DNA of 39,522 nucleotides from Pseudobdellovibrionaceae bacterium. GTDB taxonomy: Bacteria; Bdellovibrionota; Bdellovibrionia; Bdellovibrionales; JAMPXM01. The DNA lies in assembly GCA_016791465.1 (NCBI GenBank), contig JAEUWE010000515.1:1-39522 (forward strand), given 5' to 3'. The position numbers were made by a program, and so were the translations under genes. The notes under the pieces were generated by a model. It did no database searches. It had not been told where the DNA came from and saw only the letters and a program-made list of their open reading frames with translations. The stretch's first letter is position 1, and each line of letters begins with the position of its first letter. Of this stretch, positions 1 to 7,340 are shown piece by piece.

Positions 1-649
1 AAAGCTCCCGCCATAGATTCACGGTGAGTGCCGCTGGAACAAAAACTTCCGCGCCCTCTTCACCCGTGTATCCTGTGCGAGCCACGATCACTGTGCCCCC
101 CGCAAAAGCGTAGGGCTTGTGCGTGAAGCTCTTCATCGCGGCCGCTCCAGGAAATAGCCGTCCGAGCAACTCAAGCGCCTTTGGCCCCTGAACCGCAATC
201 TGGCCCCAATCCGAGCTCTCATTGCCGACATCGGCGCCGCGATTGTTGGCGCAGACAAACGCAAAGTCTTTCTCGATATTCGCAGCGTTCACGCAGAGGA
301 GGTACTCCTCACCAGGCTTCACACAGTAGACGATGAGATCGTCGACAATACCGCCATCCGCATTTGGAAAAAGCGAGTAGTGCGCCTCACCGGCATTCAA
401 TTTTGAAACATCGTTAGTCGTGATCCACTGAAGTGTCTCAAGCGACTTTGGTCCGCGCACACGAAACTCACCCATGTGCGAAACATCAAAAAGCCCAACG
501 CCCGAGCGACAGCTCAAGTGTTCCTCTTTGAGACCACGGTACTGAACCGGCATCCACCAGCCCGCAAAATCAACCATGCGTGCACCAAGCGCTTCGTGCT
601 CTGCCGCCAAAGGGGTGCGTTTCGGTTGACCAGATGTATTCGCGCTCAT
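1..649 (-). CDS. gcvT: Aminomethyltransferase (glycine cleavage T protein), N-terminal ~216 aa; the 3' part runs off the window
   Basis: Absent from the ORF track because it is open at the window edge. My reverse-strand translation from the ATG at 649..647 gives MSANTSGQPKRTPLAAEHEALGARMVDFAGWWMPVQYRGLKEEHLSCRSGVGLFDVSHMGEFRVRGP...VIVARTGYTGEEGAEVF. It carries GcvT hallmarks (FAGW.MPV.Y, GLFDVSHMG, RTGYTGE.G.E). Confidence 0.85.
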   Translation of the reverse strand, partial: MSANTSGQPKRTPLAAEHEALGARMVDFAGWWMPVQYRGLKEEHLSCRSGVGLFDVSHMGEFRVRGPKSLETLQWITTNDVSKLNAGEAHYSLFPNADGGIVDDLIVYCVKPGEEYLLCVNAANIEKDFAFVCANNRGADVGNESSDWGQIAVQGPKALELLGRLFPGAAAMKSFTHKPYAFAGGTVIVARTGYTGEEGAEVFVPAALTVNLWREL

Positions 650-654
650 GGCAA

Positions 655-830
655 TCTCCAGAAGAACGGAAAATTCAATGTGTGGGCGACACTTTTGCCG
701 CCAGTGCCTAGGGAGTCAAGGCAGCGCCGCGCTTCCAAAACCGCCTTGCGAGCGGCTTTCAGGCCAATCGCCGGCCCCAAGCGCCGGGAAACGTCACTGC
801 GAGCCTCCAGGGCTCCCGCGGCGGTCACAC
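655..830 (-). promoter_or_regulatory. Long GC-rich structured 5' leader of gcvT; candidate glycine riboswitch (unconfirmed)
   Basis: About 200 nt of non-coding sequence lies between gcvT and the divergent gene. Read on the minus strand it contains GGGAG / CCCTGGAGG near the 5' end. Near the 3' end it has CTCCCTAGGCAC followed by GGCAAAAG, resembling the glycine-aptamer CUCUGGAGAG ... CUCUCAGGCAAAAGGAC signature. Internal hairpins are present (CCGGC..GCCGG, GCCGC..GCGG). The central CCGAAGG(G/A)GCAA box is not clearly present. Confidence 0.25.
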
Positions 831-849
831 AAAACCTAGTATTTTCAGT

Positions 850-2829
850 ATGTTACATTGCGCCACTGAGGAGCTAAACGGCAGCACTGCACTTGCATTG
901 AAGTTTATGTGGAGGTCTCACGTGAGCTGGTTCCGCACCGGTCATTTCAAAACTGCCGTACATTTCGGCACTCTCGCCGCGACCATCATGTCCGCGGCAT
1001 TGACCGCCTGTGCACCGGCTCCCAGTGCAAAGAATGAGTTCTTCCAAGCCACAAATCAGACAGGCCTCAAAACCGACGACGGCCGCGCCTTCACCGGTGC
1101 CGGCAAATCCACGGAACTTCAAACCTTAAAGGCCGACGCCGCGGTCAGCGGCAGCAACGAGCAAGACCGCGAACTCGCGTCTCGCATCCTCGTGGCGTCA
1201 ATCGACCGCACCAACAAAGAGTTCCTCCGCGTCGTACTCTCCATCCGCTACATCGGTCGCATCTTTTTTGATTTTTCAGCAAACAATCTGCAGGCTGGTT
1301 CGGACCGTCAATTCACCGCTCAAACTGGAAAAGCACCGAGCGGAGACGCCGTTCCCTTCGAACTCTCGCTTCAGTGCAATACCGCACCCGCCGCAAAAGG
1401 CACGCTCCCCACTTGCGCCATAGCAACGCTTTCACTCAAAGAAACTCGCGGTGCCGGAGCCCGCGCCGGCCTCATCGTGCGCACACAAGACAGCTCAGTC
1501 ATCGCACGATCAACAAAGAACACAGTGAAGATTCCGGCCCTAAAGCGTCTACTCGACACGTTTAAAACAGCCCAAACGCGTACGCTTCAAACCTTCGAAG
1601 TCGCCTGGGGCCCATCGGGCTTTGACCTGCAGCTCGGCGACAAAGAACTCTGCCCAGCAGGGCGTCTTGTTGAAACAAACGAACTCGACGAACCGCTTCG
1701 CATTGGTTGCCCCGGCGTGACCGCCCCTGAGGTTTCCGGTCGAATGCTCGGCAACACCACGCGCGGCGAAGTCTTACTTGAGTTCAATGGAACGCACCGC
1801 CAGTTCATTCTTCCCAACGAAGAGGAGCAGGTCTACGTCGTCGTTCAAAAGCTCAAAGCAACGCCGACAACAAAACCGACCGCGACATCAAATGCTACGA
1901 CCGCTCAAGCAAAACCGCAGCCGGCGCTGATTCCAGTCCCGGCACCCGCGCTTTCTGACGACGAGATCGACACCGAGGACGACGGACCCACGGCCGTCCC
2001 CGAGGCGCCCATCGCTGCATCAGAAAAAGTCGATACCGCAAAACAGAATCCAGCTCCTGCTCCGCCGACAATCAAAATTATCGTTCCACCACAAACTGGA
2101 ACCGGCTGGCTCATTCCGACAAATCCCGAACACCCCGCCACCAAGGTTTGGAATAAGGACCGATCAAACCCGATTATCGATAGCGCTGTGAAAGCGTGGC
2201 TGGCGCTGCCACGTCTGAAAAAGTTTGCGACCAACTTTTTACCCAATCGCGACCTTGTTGTGGGGCAAATCACTAGCCAGGGTGCTCCTGCCGAAACGGC
2301 GGCGCTCACGCTGATCGAATCCACATTCTTCATTGAGGAAGGATACCCGATTCAGATTGGCGGAGCTGGCGAAGTCGGCCCTTGGCAGTTTATGCTTGGC
2401 ACCGCCAAAAGCCCTCTCCTGAGCCTTCCCTTTGTCAAAGCGGCCGTTCGCCCTTCCGGAAAAAAACCAGGAAGCTTCGACCCTTGCGACTCGCGCGCAA
2501 ACCTTGAGCTTTCATCTCGAGCTGCCGGCCGCTACATGAACTATCTGATCAAGATGTTCCCACGCGATCCCAAACTCGCTGTCCTCTCCTACAACTGGGG
2601 CGAAGGAAACACCGATCGCGCCATGGACAAACTCACAGCCCGAATGACTGAAATTAAAAATATCGGTTTAAACTACTGGGCCGTCCGCAAATTCAACATG
2701 GCCCCCATCGGCCCCATTCAATACGTTGAAAAGTTCGTTTCCGCCCATCACGCCTTCCTTGAAATGGAACCGATTAAAGCTGACCCGCGCATCGCGCCCT
2801 GGAAAGCACCAGCGCAGTGCGCGCGCTAG
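850..2829 (+). CDS. Lipoprotein with C-terminal lytic transglycosylase (SLT, goose-lysozyme-like) domain
   Basis: 659-aa ORF. The N-terminus has a lipobox-like AALTAC. A Pro/Thr/Ala-rich linker follows (KPTATSNATTAQAKPQPALIPVPAPA). The C-terminal region carries SLT motifs: LIESTF (catalytic Glu-Ser), GGAGEVGPWQFMLGTAK and LSYNWGEGN. The start is uncertain (850 or the ATG at 907). Confidence 0.7.
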   Translation: MLHCATEELNGSTALALKFMWRSHVSWFRTGHFKTAVHFGTLAATIMSAALTACAPAPSAKNEFFQATNQTGLKTDDGRAFTGAGKSTELQTLKADAAVSGSNEQDRELASRILVASIDRTNKEFLRVVLSIRYIGRIFFDFSANNLQAGSDRQFTAQTGKAPSGDAVPFELSLQCNTAPAAKGTLPTCAIATLSLKETRGAGARAGLIVRTQDSSVIARSTKNTVKIPALKRLLDTFKTAQTRTLQTFEVAWGPSGFDLQLGDKELCPAGRLVETNELDEPLRIGCPGVTAPEVSGRMLGNTTRGEVLLEFNGTHRQFILPNEEEQVYVVVQKLKATPTTKPTATSNATTAQAKPQPALIPVPAPALSDDEIDTEDDGPTAVPEAPIAASEKVDTAKQNPAPAPPTIKIIVPPQTGTGWLIPTNPEHPATKVWNKDRSNPIIDSAVKAWLALPRLKKFATNFLPNRDLVVGQITSQGAPAETAALTLIESTFFIEEGYPIQIGGAGEVGPWQFMLGTAKSPLLSLPFVKAAVRPSGKKPGSFDPCDSRANLELSSRAAGRYMNYLIKMFPRDPKLAVLSYNWGEGNTDRAMDKLTARMTEIKNIGLNYWAVRKFNMAPIGPIQYVEKFVSAHHAFLEMEPIKADPRIAPWKAPAQCAR

Positions 2830-3677
2830 ATCTTTCCTCCAGCCAATCGAAACGTATTCTCAAGTAGCATTTGAATCGTCATTGGCCCCACTCCGCCAGG
2901 CACCGGCGTCATCGCCTGAGCCCAACCATGCAGCTCATCCAAGCGCACATCACCACAAAGACCCTTCTCGCCTCGATGCATTCCAACGTCCGCTATGACC
3001 ACGCCTTTTTTAAAGGCCGATTTGCCAAGGAGATGTCGCTGCCCCACAGCCACGACGACGATATCCGCTTCGCGCGTCACGGCTTCAAGGTCATGCGTCT
3101 TCGAATGCGCCATCGTCACCGTTGCATTTGCTTGAAGTAAAAGCTGAGCCATCGGCTTTCCTACGATATTGCTTCGGCCAATCACCACTGCGTTCTTACC
3201 CGCAACATCGATCTTGTAGTGCTCAAAAATCTTCATCACTCCAAACGGCGTGCACGGAGCCACTCGAGTACGGCCCGAAAACAAAAGCCCAAGGTTCGCA
3301 CTCGTCAAACCATCCGGATCCTTCTCACCTCGGATTCGCTCCAAAGCTTCCGTCTCATTCAAGTGCTTCGGCAGCGGTAGCTGCACCAGAATGCCATCGA
3401 CATCAGTTCTCGCATTGAGTTCATCAATCGCCTTGTGCAAATCGGCCTGCGTCAGCGTCGCTGGCTTCTCCAAATGGAAACTCTCAATTCCTGCCTCCGC
3501 ACACGCTTTGATCTTATTCTTCACATAGATCTGGCTCGCAGGGTCATGTCCGACGATCACCACCGCCAGGCCCGGAGCTCGACCCTTCGTTTTCGTAAAT
3601 TCTGCCACTTTTTCGCGAAGAATCGCTCGGCGCGCCTGCGCCACCGCTTTTCCGTCAAGAATGAGAGTATTGGTCAT
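2826..3677 (-). CDS. folD: Bifunctional methylenetetrahydrofolate dehydrogenase / methenyltetrahydrofolate cyclohydrolase
   Basis: 283 aa. Shows typical FolD features: ILDGKAVA, PGLAVVIVGHDPASQIYVKNK, DGILVQLPLP, GKNAVVIGRSNIVGKPMAQLL, PVPGGVGPMT. Confidence 0.95.
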   Translation of the reverse strand: MTNTLILDGKAVAQARRAILREKVAEFTKTKGRAPGLAVVIVGHDPASQIYVKNKIKACAEAGIESFHLEKPATLTQADLHKAIDELNARTDVDGILVQLPLPKHLNETEALERIRGEKDPDGLTSANLGLLFSGRTRVAPCTPFGVMKIFEHYKIDVAGKNAVVIGRSNIVGKPMAQLLLQANATVTMAHSKTHDLEAVTREADIVVVAVGQRHLLGKSAFKKGVVIADVGMHRGEKGLCGDVRLDELHGWAQAMTPVPGGVGPMTIQMLLENTFRLAGGKI

Positions 3678-3765
3678 ACCTTGTTTTAAAGGGTTTCACG
3701 CCTTCGAGGCAAAGCGAGTCTTGACTCAATTTAGAGCTCCGCATTAGTCTCCGCTCAAGTACGCA

Positions 3766-4035
3766 GTGAAACGCCTGGAGGCCAAATTGAAGAAACCCGA
3801 AAAAGTTAAGCTCTCGAAAGACGGCAACTCGATCGACTTCGTTGCGAGCGACAGCCTCCCGACGTCTTCAAAAAAGTTCCGCCAAAGCCCTGAAATCGAA
3901 GGCTTTTATCGCTTCGTCTACGAAAACGATCTGCGTGTTGAATCCTATGAAATTCTCGGCCGTATCCTGATTCGCCGCAAAATCGAACGCGAAGAACAGG
4001 TCCGCGCCGCTCGCGCCGCCAAGAAAAAAGGCTAA
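3766..4035 (+). CDS. Small highly basic hypothetical protein (89 aa), GTG start
   Basis: ORF in the track with a Lys/Arg/Glu-rich sequence and no signal peptide. No clear Shine-Dalgarno. A TTGACT box lies at 3721..3726 upstream. No family recognised. Confidence 0.4.
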   Translation: MKRLEAKLKKPEKVKLSKDGNSIDFVASDSLPTSSKKFRQSPEIEGFYRFVYENDLRVESYEILGRILIRRKIEREEQVRAARAAKKKG

Positions 4036-4128
4036 CCACCCTATCCGACGGCCGGACCGCTTTCAGCGTTCGGCCCGCAAAGACGCAATTGCACCATTGC
4101 GCGCCCTTCCGTCACATTTGCAGTCTCC

Positions 4129-4148
4129 GCCTCCTCATCCAAGGAGGC
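4129..4148 (+). promoter_or_regulatory. Hairpin that pairs the flp Shine-Dalgarno with an upstream anti-SD
   Basis: GCCTCCT (4129..4135), loop CATCCA, then AGGAGGC (4142..4148). This is a perfect 7-bp stem, and the right arm is the AGGAGG RBS 5 nt before the flp ATG at 4153. Confidence 0.35.
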
Positions 4149-4152
4149 CAAT

Positions 4153-4434
4153 ATGCCAAAGCCAATCGCTCACAAGGTCAAAAATCCCCTTCGCAACTCT
4201 CGCGGCCAGGGGCTCGTTGAGTACCTGATCATCGTCGCTCTCGTCGCTGTCGCCGCCATTGGTGTGGTGCGTGTTATGGGGCAAGCCGTAAACTCCCGCT
4301 TCGCCACCATTAGCTATGCTCTTCAGGGCGTCAAAAAGAAGCCCGCCGTAGATGCGATCGACGAATCACAACTCAAAAAGAAAGACCTCGGTGACTTCAT
4401 GGATGGCGTCGGCCAGTCGCAGGGCCGAGACTAA
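4153..4434 (+). CDS. flp: Flp/Fap family type IVb pilin
   Basis: 93 aa with a strong RBS. The N-terminus NSRGQGLVEYLIIVALVAVAAIGVV matches the Flp prepilin motif (Gly, then Glu at +5 and Tyr at +6, then a hydrophobic helix). Confidence 0.8.
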   Translation: MPKPIAHKVKNPLRNSRGQGLVEYLIIVALVAVAAIGVVRVMGQAVNSRFATISYALQGVKKKPAVDAIDESQLKKKDLGDFMDGVGQSQGRD

Positions 4435-4436
4435 GT

Positions 4437-4817
4437 ATGTCGTTAAAACCGGCGCTTCTCAGCTCGAACAATGGCTCCGCAGCCGTTGAGTCCGCAATCG
4501 CACTCGCCCTTTTTTGCCCGGCGCTGATCGTCGGTCTCGGCGTCCTTTACGGCGCATTTGCAAAGGGATGGGTCGGTCGCAGCGCGCGAGAGGCCGCCGT
4601 CTGTTTAACAACGCCAAGCCCCCCACTGAATTGCCGTCGAAAACTAGAAAACACGCTCGCCACCGGCTTGCCGTTTGGAGAAACCACGATTGTCCAGTTT
4701 CACGGCGATCGACTCGGCTCAACGGTCCGAATCAAGCTTCAGTGGATTGCTGGCCAGTCCACTGAACTCAAGGGCGTCGTTCGACGTCCAGTCTATTATC
4801 CTCGAGGACGACAATGA
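4437..4817 (+). CDS. tadE: TadE-like pseudopilin
   Basis: 126 aa, starting 3 nt after the flp stop. The N-terminus GSAAVESAIALALFCPALIVGLG matches the TadE-like motif (G.a.vE.a...P.l). Confidence 0.6.
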   Translation: MSLKPALLSSNNGSAAVESAIALALFCPALIVGLGVLYGAFAKGWVGRSAREAAVCLTTPSPPLNCRRKLENTLATGLPFGETTIVQFHGDRLGSTVRIKLQWIAGQSTELKGVVRRPVYYPRGRQ

Positions 4818-5557
4818 TCGGTAACAACAAAGGACAAATTAGCCTCGTCGCTCTCGTACTCCTGCCAGTCGTCCTCGCAGTCATTGGTGGTCTTTTCCTA
4901 CTCGCAGTCGGTCTGAAAACAGAGGCCCGCGCTGTCGCCAAATGTCGATTGCAGATGGAAAAAAGCCAAGCCGAAGCAGCTCAACATCTCAACGAGCTGA
5001 TCAAACTGAACCCCGAGGCCAAACGCCTTAAACAACAGCAGAAGACCGCTCAGAAGCTTGCCGATGCCGCCGAACTCACGCGCGTCCCTCATCTCATTGC
5101 TGCTGCAAAGACCTATCTGCTCTATGTGAAGATTAGGCGAGGCATGCTCGCCGTCAAACAACAGAAGCTCATCTTTAAGGGGCGCGCTGCCACAAACGAC
5201 GCCACTCGCCTGGCCGAACAATCAATACGCTCCTCTTTTGGCCAATCGATCTCCAGTGTCGTGGCGGACATAAAAAGCGGGCCCCAATCTAAACGCAACG
5301 GCTTCTTTGCTGTTCGGCCAAAGCCCATCGGCGATATCGCGCCAGAGTATTTTCCGGTTCCCGGATTTAAGTATCTGCAGAAGTCATCTCTCGAATGGAA
5401 AATCAAGATGGGGCCGGATTCCCTCCTTGCATCGCAGAAAGCTGACCAAACTCTTCCCGCATTCGATGTCGGCTGCTCAGTCACCCTTGTACCAACAAAT
5501 AAAAAGGAAACGGAATGGAAGCCACAAATTGTCGAGGACAAGCTCTTATCGAATTGA
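4814..5557 (+). CDS. TadG-like Flp pilus assembly protein (Tad N-terminal domain)
   Basis: 247 aa, with a 4-nt ATGA overlap with the preceding gene. The N-terminus KGQISLVALVLLPVVLAVIGGLFLLAVGL resembles the TadE/G-like N-terminal helix, followed by a helical region. Confidence 0.5.
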   Translation: MIGNNKGQISLVALVLLPVVLAVIGGLFLLAVGLKTEARAVAKCRLQMEKSQAEAAQHLNELIKLNPEAKRLKQQQKTAQKLADAAELTRVPHLIAAAKTYLLYVKIRRGMLAVKQQKLIFKGRAATNDATRLAEQSIRSSFGQSISSVVADIKSGPQSKRNGFFAVRPKPIGDIAPEYFPVPGFKYLQKSSLEWKIKMGPDSLLASQKADQTLPAFDVGCSVTLVPTNKKETEWKPQIVEDKLLSN

Positions 5558-5706
5558 TTCTTGTTCTTACCCTATTTGTCGCAAGTATCGCGGCCTGCGC
5601 ATGGAGATGGAATGAAATTTCTGATGAAATTCAAGATACCGGGTACCGACACATTCGCTCAGTTCCGAAAGTCCCTGCTCGGAAACCTGCGAGCCGCTCT
5701 CGCTGA
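5515..5706 (+). CDS. Possible small pseudopilin-like ORF (63 aa) overlapping both neighbours
   Basis: The N-terminus MEATNCRGQALIELILVLTLFVASIAA has Gly, then Glu at +5, then a hydrophobic helix (class III / prepilin-like signal). It overlaps the tadG-like gene by 43 nt and the next gene by about 95 nt in another frame, so its reality is uncertain. Confidence 0.3.
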   Translation: MEATNCRGQALIELILVLTLFVASIAACAWRWNEISDEIQDTGYRHIRSVPKVPARKPASRSR

Positions 5707-6268
5707 TCGATTCTCCAGTGAAGTACTGAAGGACAACTCGATCGAAGGTCAGGCGAGAACATTTCGTCTCTGGGTTCTCATCTCTGGCGTTACTTTGCTT
5801 ATTTGTGCTTTATCGAACAGCTCGGCAACGACCGGATCATCCCCCGTTGCACCTCAGTCAGAATCGATCGATATCACAGCACAGATTCCAGCCGGGCTGC
5901 TCGTTGTTCCTATACAGGCCGCAAACTATTCAACACTCGACCCCCTGCTCAATCAACACTCCTGGGCCGATATTTACCTTCCCAGTCTCGATGGCTCGCG
6001 AGGTCTACGGATTGCTGAATCTATTCCCGTTATTCGCACCTCTCAGAATCGACAACATCTTGCGGCCCTCATTCCTGAGGGAGAACCGTCGCCGCTGCTG
6101 TCGATCTCCGACCCAGTCATCGTGATTCTGCGCAGCTCGCCAAAGAAACGCGCCGGACGTGGTCAACCAGCGACACTCGACCGAAAGCAAGCAGGCCCTC
6201 TCAGACGCGAAACCCGGAGTCAGCTTCACCTGATCGAAGAAACGGAGATCACAAATGAAACAGAATGA
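5612..6268 (+). CDS. CpaB/RcpC-like Flp pilus assembly protein (short form, no obvious SAF domain)
   Basis: The track ORF is 5561..6268. The ATG at 5612 follows GGAGA with a 4-5 nt spacer. One TM helix (FRLWVLISGVTLLICAL). The segments IPAGLLVVPIQAANYSTLDPLLNQHSWADIYL ... IPVIRT ... VIVILRS resemble the CpaB C-terminal pattern (ip.G.r.v.i ... pgd.vDv ... l.l.LR). Confidence 0.4.
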   Translation: MKFLMKFKIPGTDTFAQFRKSLLGNLRAALADRFSSEVLKDNSIEGQARTFRLWVLISGVTLLICALSNSSATTGSSPVAPQSESIDITAQIPAGLLVVPIQAANYSTLDPLLNQHSWADIYLPSLDGSRGLRIAESIPVIRTSQNRQHLAALIPEGEPSPLLSISDPVIVILRSSPKKRAGRGQPATLDRKQAGPLRRETRSQLHLIEETEITNETE

Positions 6269-7340
6269 ATGGCGTAAAAACGTTACTGTCATTGTCGGTC
6301 TTCTGCTGGCAAGCATCGCCAATACGGCACAGGCCGCTCTCATCCAAAGTACAGAACTACAAAAGGACGAATTTGCCGGAGTGGCCCGCGCACTCAATCA
6401 AGAAACTTGGACCGAGTACTATATCTCTCGGTACCAAACGCGTGAGCAGACCAACCCCGCCATCCTTAGGGCTTTCACCAATGCTCAAAAGGAGTGGCTC
6501 GATTTTTCTAACAACAAGGCAACAGGACAGCAGAGCAAGTGGCCAATGCATCAGGAACTTTGGCGTCAGGCGAACGAGCTCGATGCGGATAACCGCCAGC
6601 GCGCGCTCGCCGCTAAAATGTTTGATCGTCTGACGACTGAACAAACGCACCTTTCTTCTGACCAACAAAGTCAGTGGCGGCAGCGCAGCCAAACGCTAAA
6701 TCCCCTGCTCGAAACAGGTTCAAACTCAACCAATATGGATCAGAAGAAAGACGTCACCGCCGATATTCGGCGTTGGCTATTAACTTGGGACGCCGTCCTG
6801 ATCGATGGAACGGCATTTCGGCAAAGCGCTCTCCCGCAAGGCGTGCGACTACCGCCAACTGAGCACCGAGTTATCTTCGTCAGCAACAGCCTGAAAACGG
6901 TCGCCACAACGATACTGGTCGAAAAATTCCAAACCTATGAGCCTCCGCAGGTTCCGCTCCTCAGTGGCCGATGCCGAAATGGTCAGATTGCACAACTCGA
7001 CTCCTCTCTCTTGGAGAGTGATCCCACTCTGCGAGAGGCATACGAGAGCCAGACTCTTCGCGCCGTTGGCTCAGGGCTTTGTCAAATGTCGATCAGACCC
7101 GTCCATTCCGATCGAACTGCCACTACATCTGAGAAAGAGGAAGCCGACATTCGTGCGTTTGGACTTGAGCGAGGAGCGGACGGGATCTACATGCCGTCGA
7201 AAGAGCCCGACCGCATACAAGGTCGATCAAATCTATGGATCGGAATTGCCGTCGGAGTATTGGCCGCTGGAGCTTACGCATTTTGGAGACAGCAACAACA
7301 GCAAGACCCTGCTCCCGCCGTTCACCATCAAGGATTTTAA
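6255..7340 (+). CDS. Hypothetical secreted protein with C-terminal membrane anchor, last gene of the flp-proximal block
   Basis: 361 aa. Signal peptide VIVGLLLASIANTAQA. Gln-rich helical N-terminal half. C-terminal TM helix LWIGIAVGVLAAGAYAFW followed by QQQQQ. Overlaps the previous gene by 14 nt. No family recognised. Confidence 0.5.
   Translation: MKQNEWRKNVTVIVGLLLASIANTAQAALIQSTELQKDEFAGVARALNQETWTEYYISRYQTREQTNPAILRAFTNAQKEWLDFSNNKATGQQSKWPMHQELWRQANELDADNRQRALAAKMFDRLTTEQTHLSSDQQSQWRQRSQTLNPLLETGSNSTNMDQKKDVTADIRRWLLTWDAVLIDGTAFRQSALPQGVRLPPTEHRVIFVSNSLKTVATTILVEKFQTYEPPQVPLLSGRCRNGQIAQLDSSLLESDPTLREAYESQTLRAVGSGLCQMSIRPVHSDRTATTSEKEEADIRAFGLERGADGIYMPSKEPDRIQGRSNLWIGIAVGVLAAGAYAFWRQQQQQDPAPAVHHQGF

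Noticed and set aside
476-877. 133-aa plus-strand ORF (and the 60-63-aa ORFs at 646..839) across the gcvT start and leader
   Set aside because: It lies antisense to the clearly coding gcvT N-terminus and runs through the structured leader. The sequence is Arg/Ala-rich, typical of an off-frame reading of GC-rich DNA, and there is no RBS.
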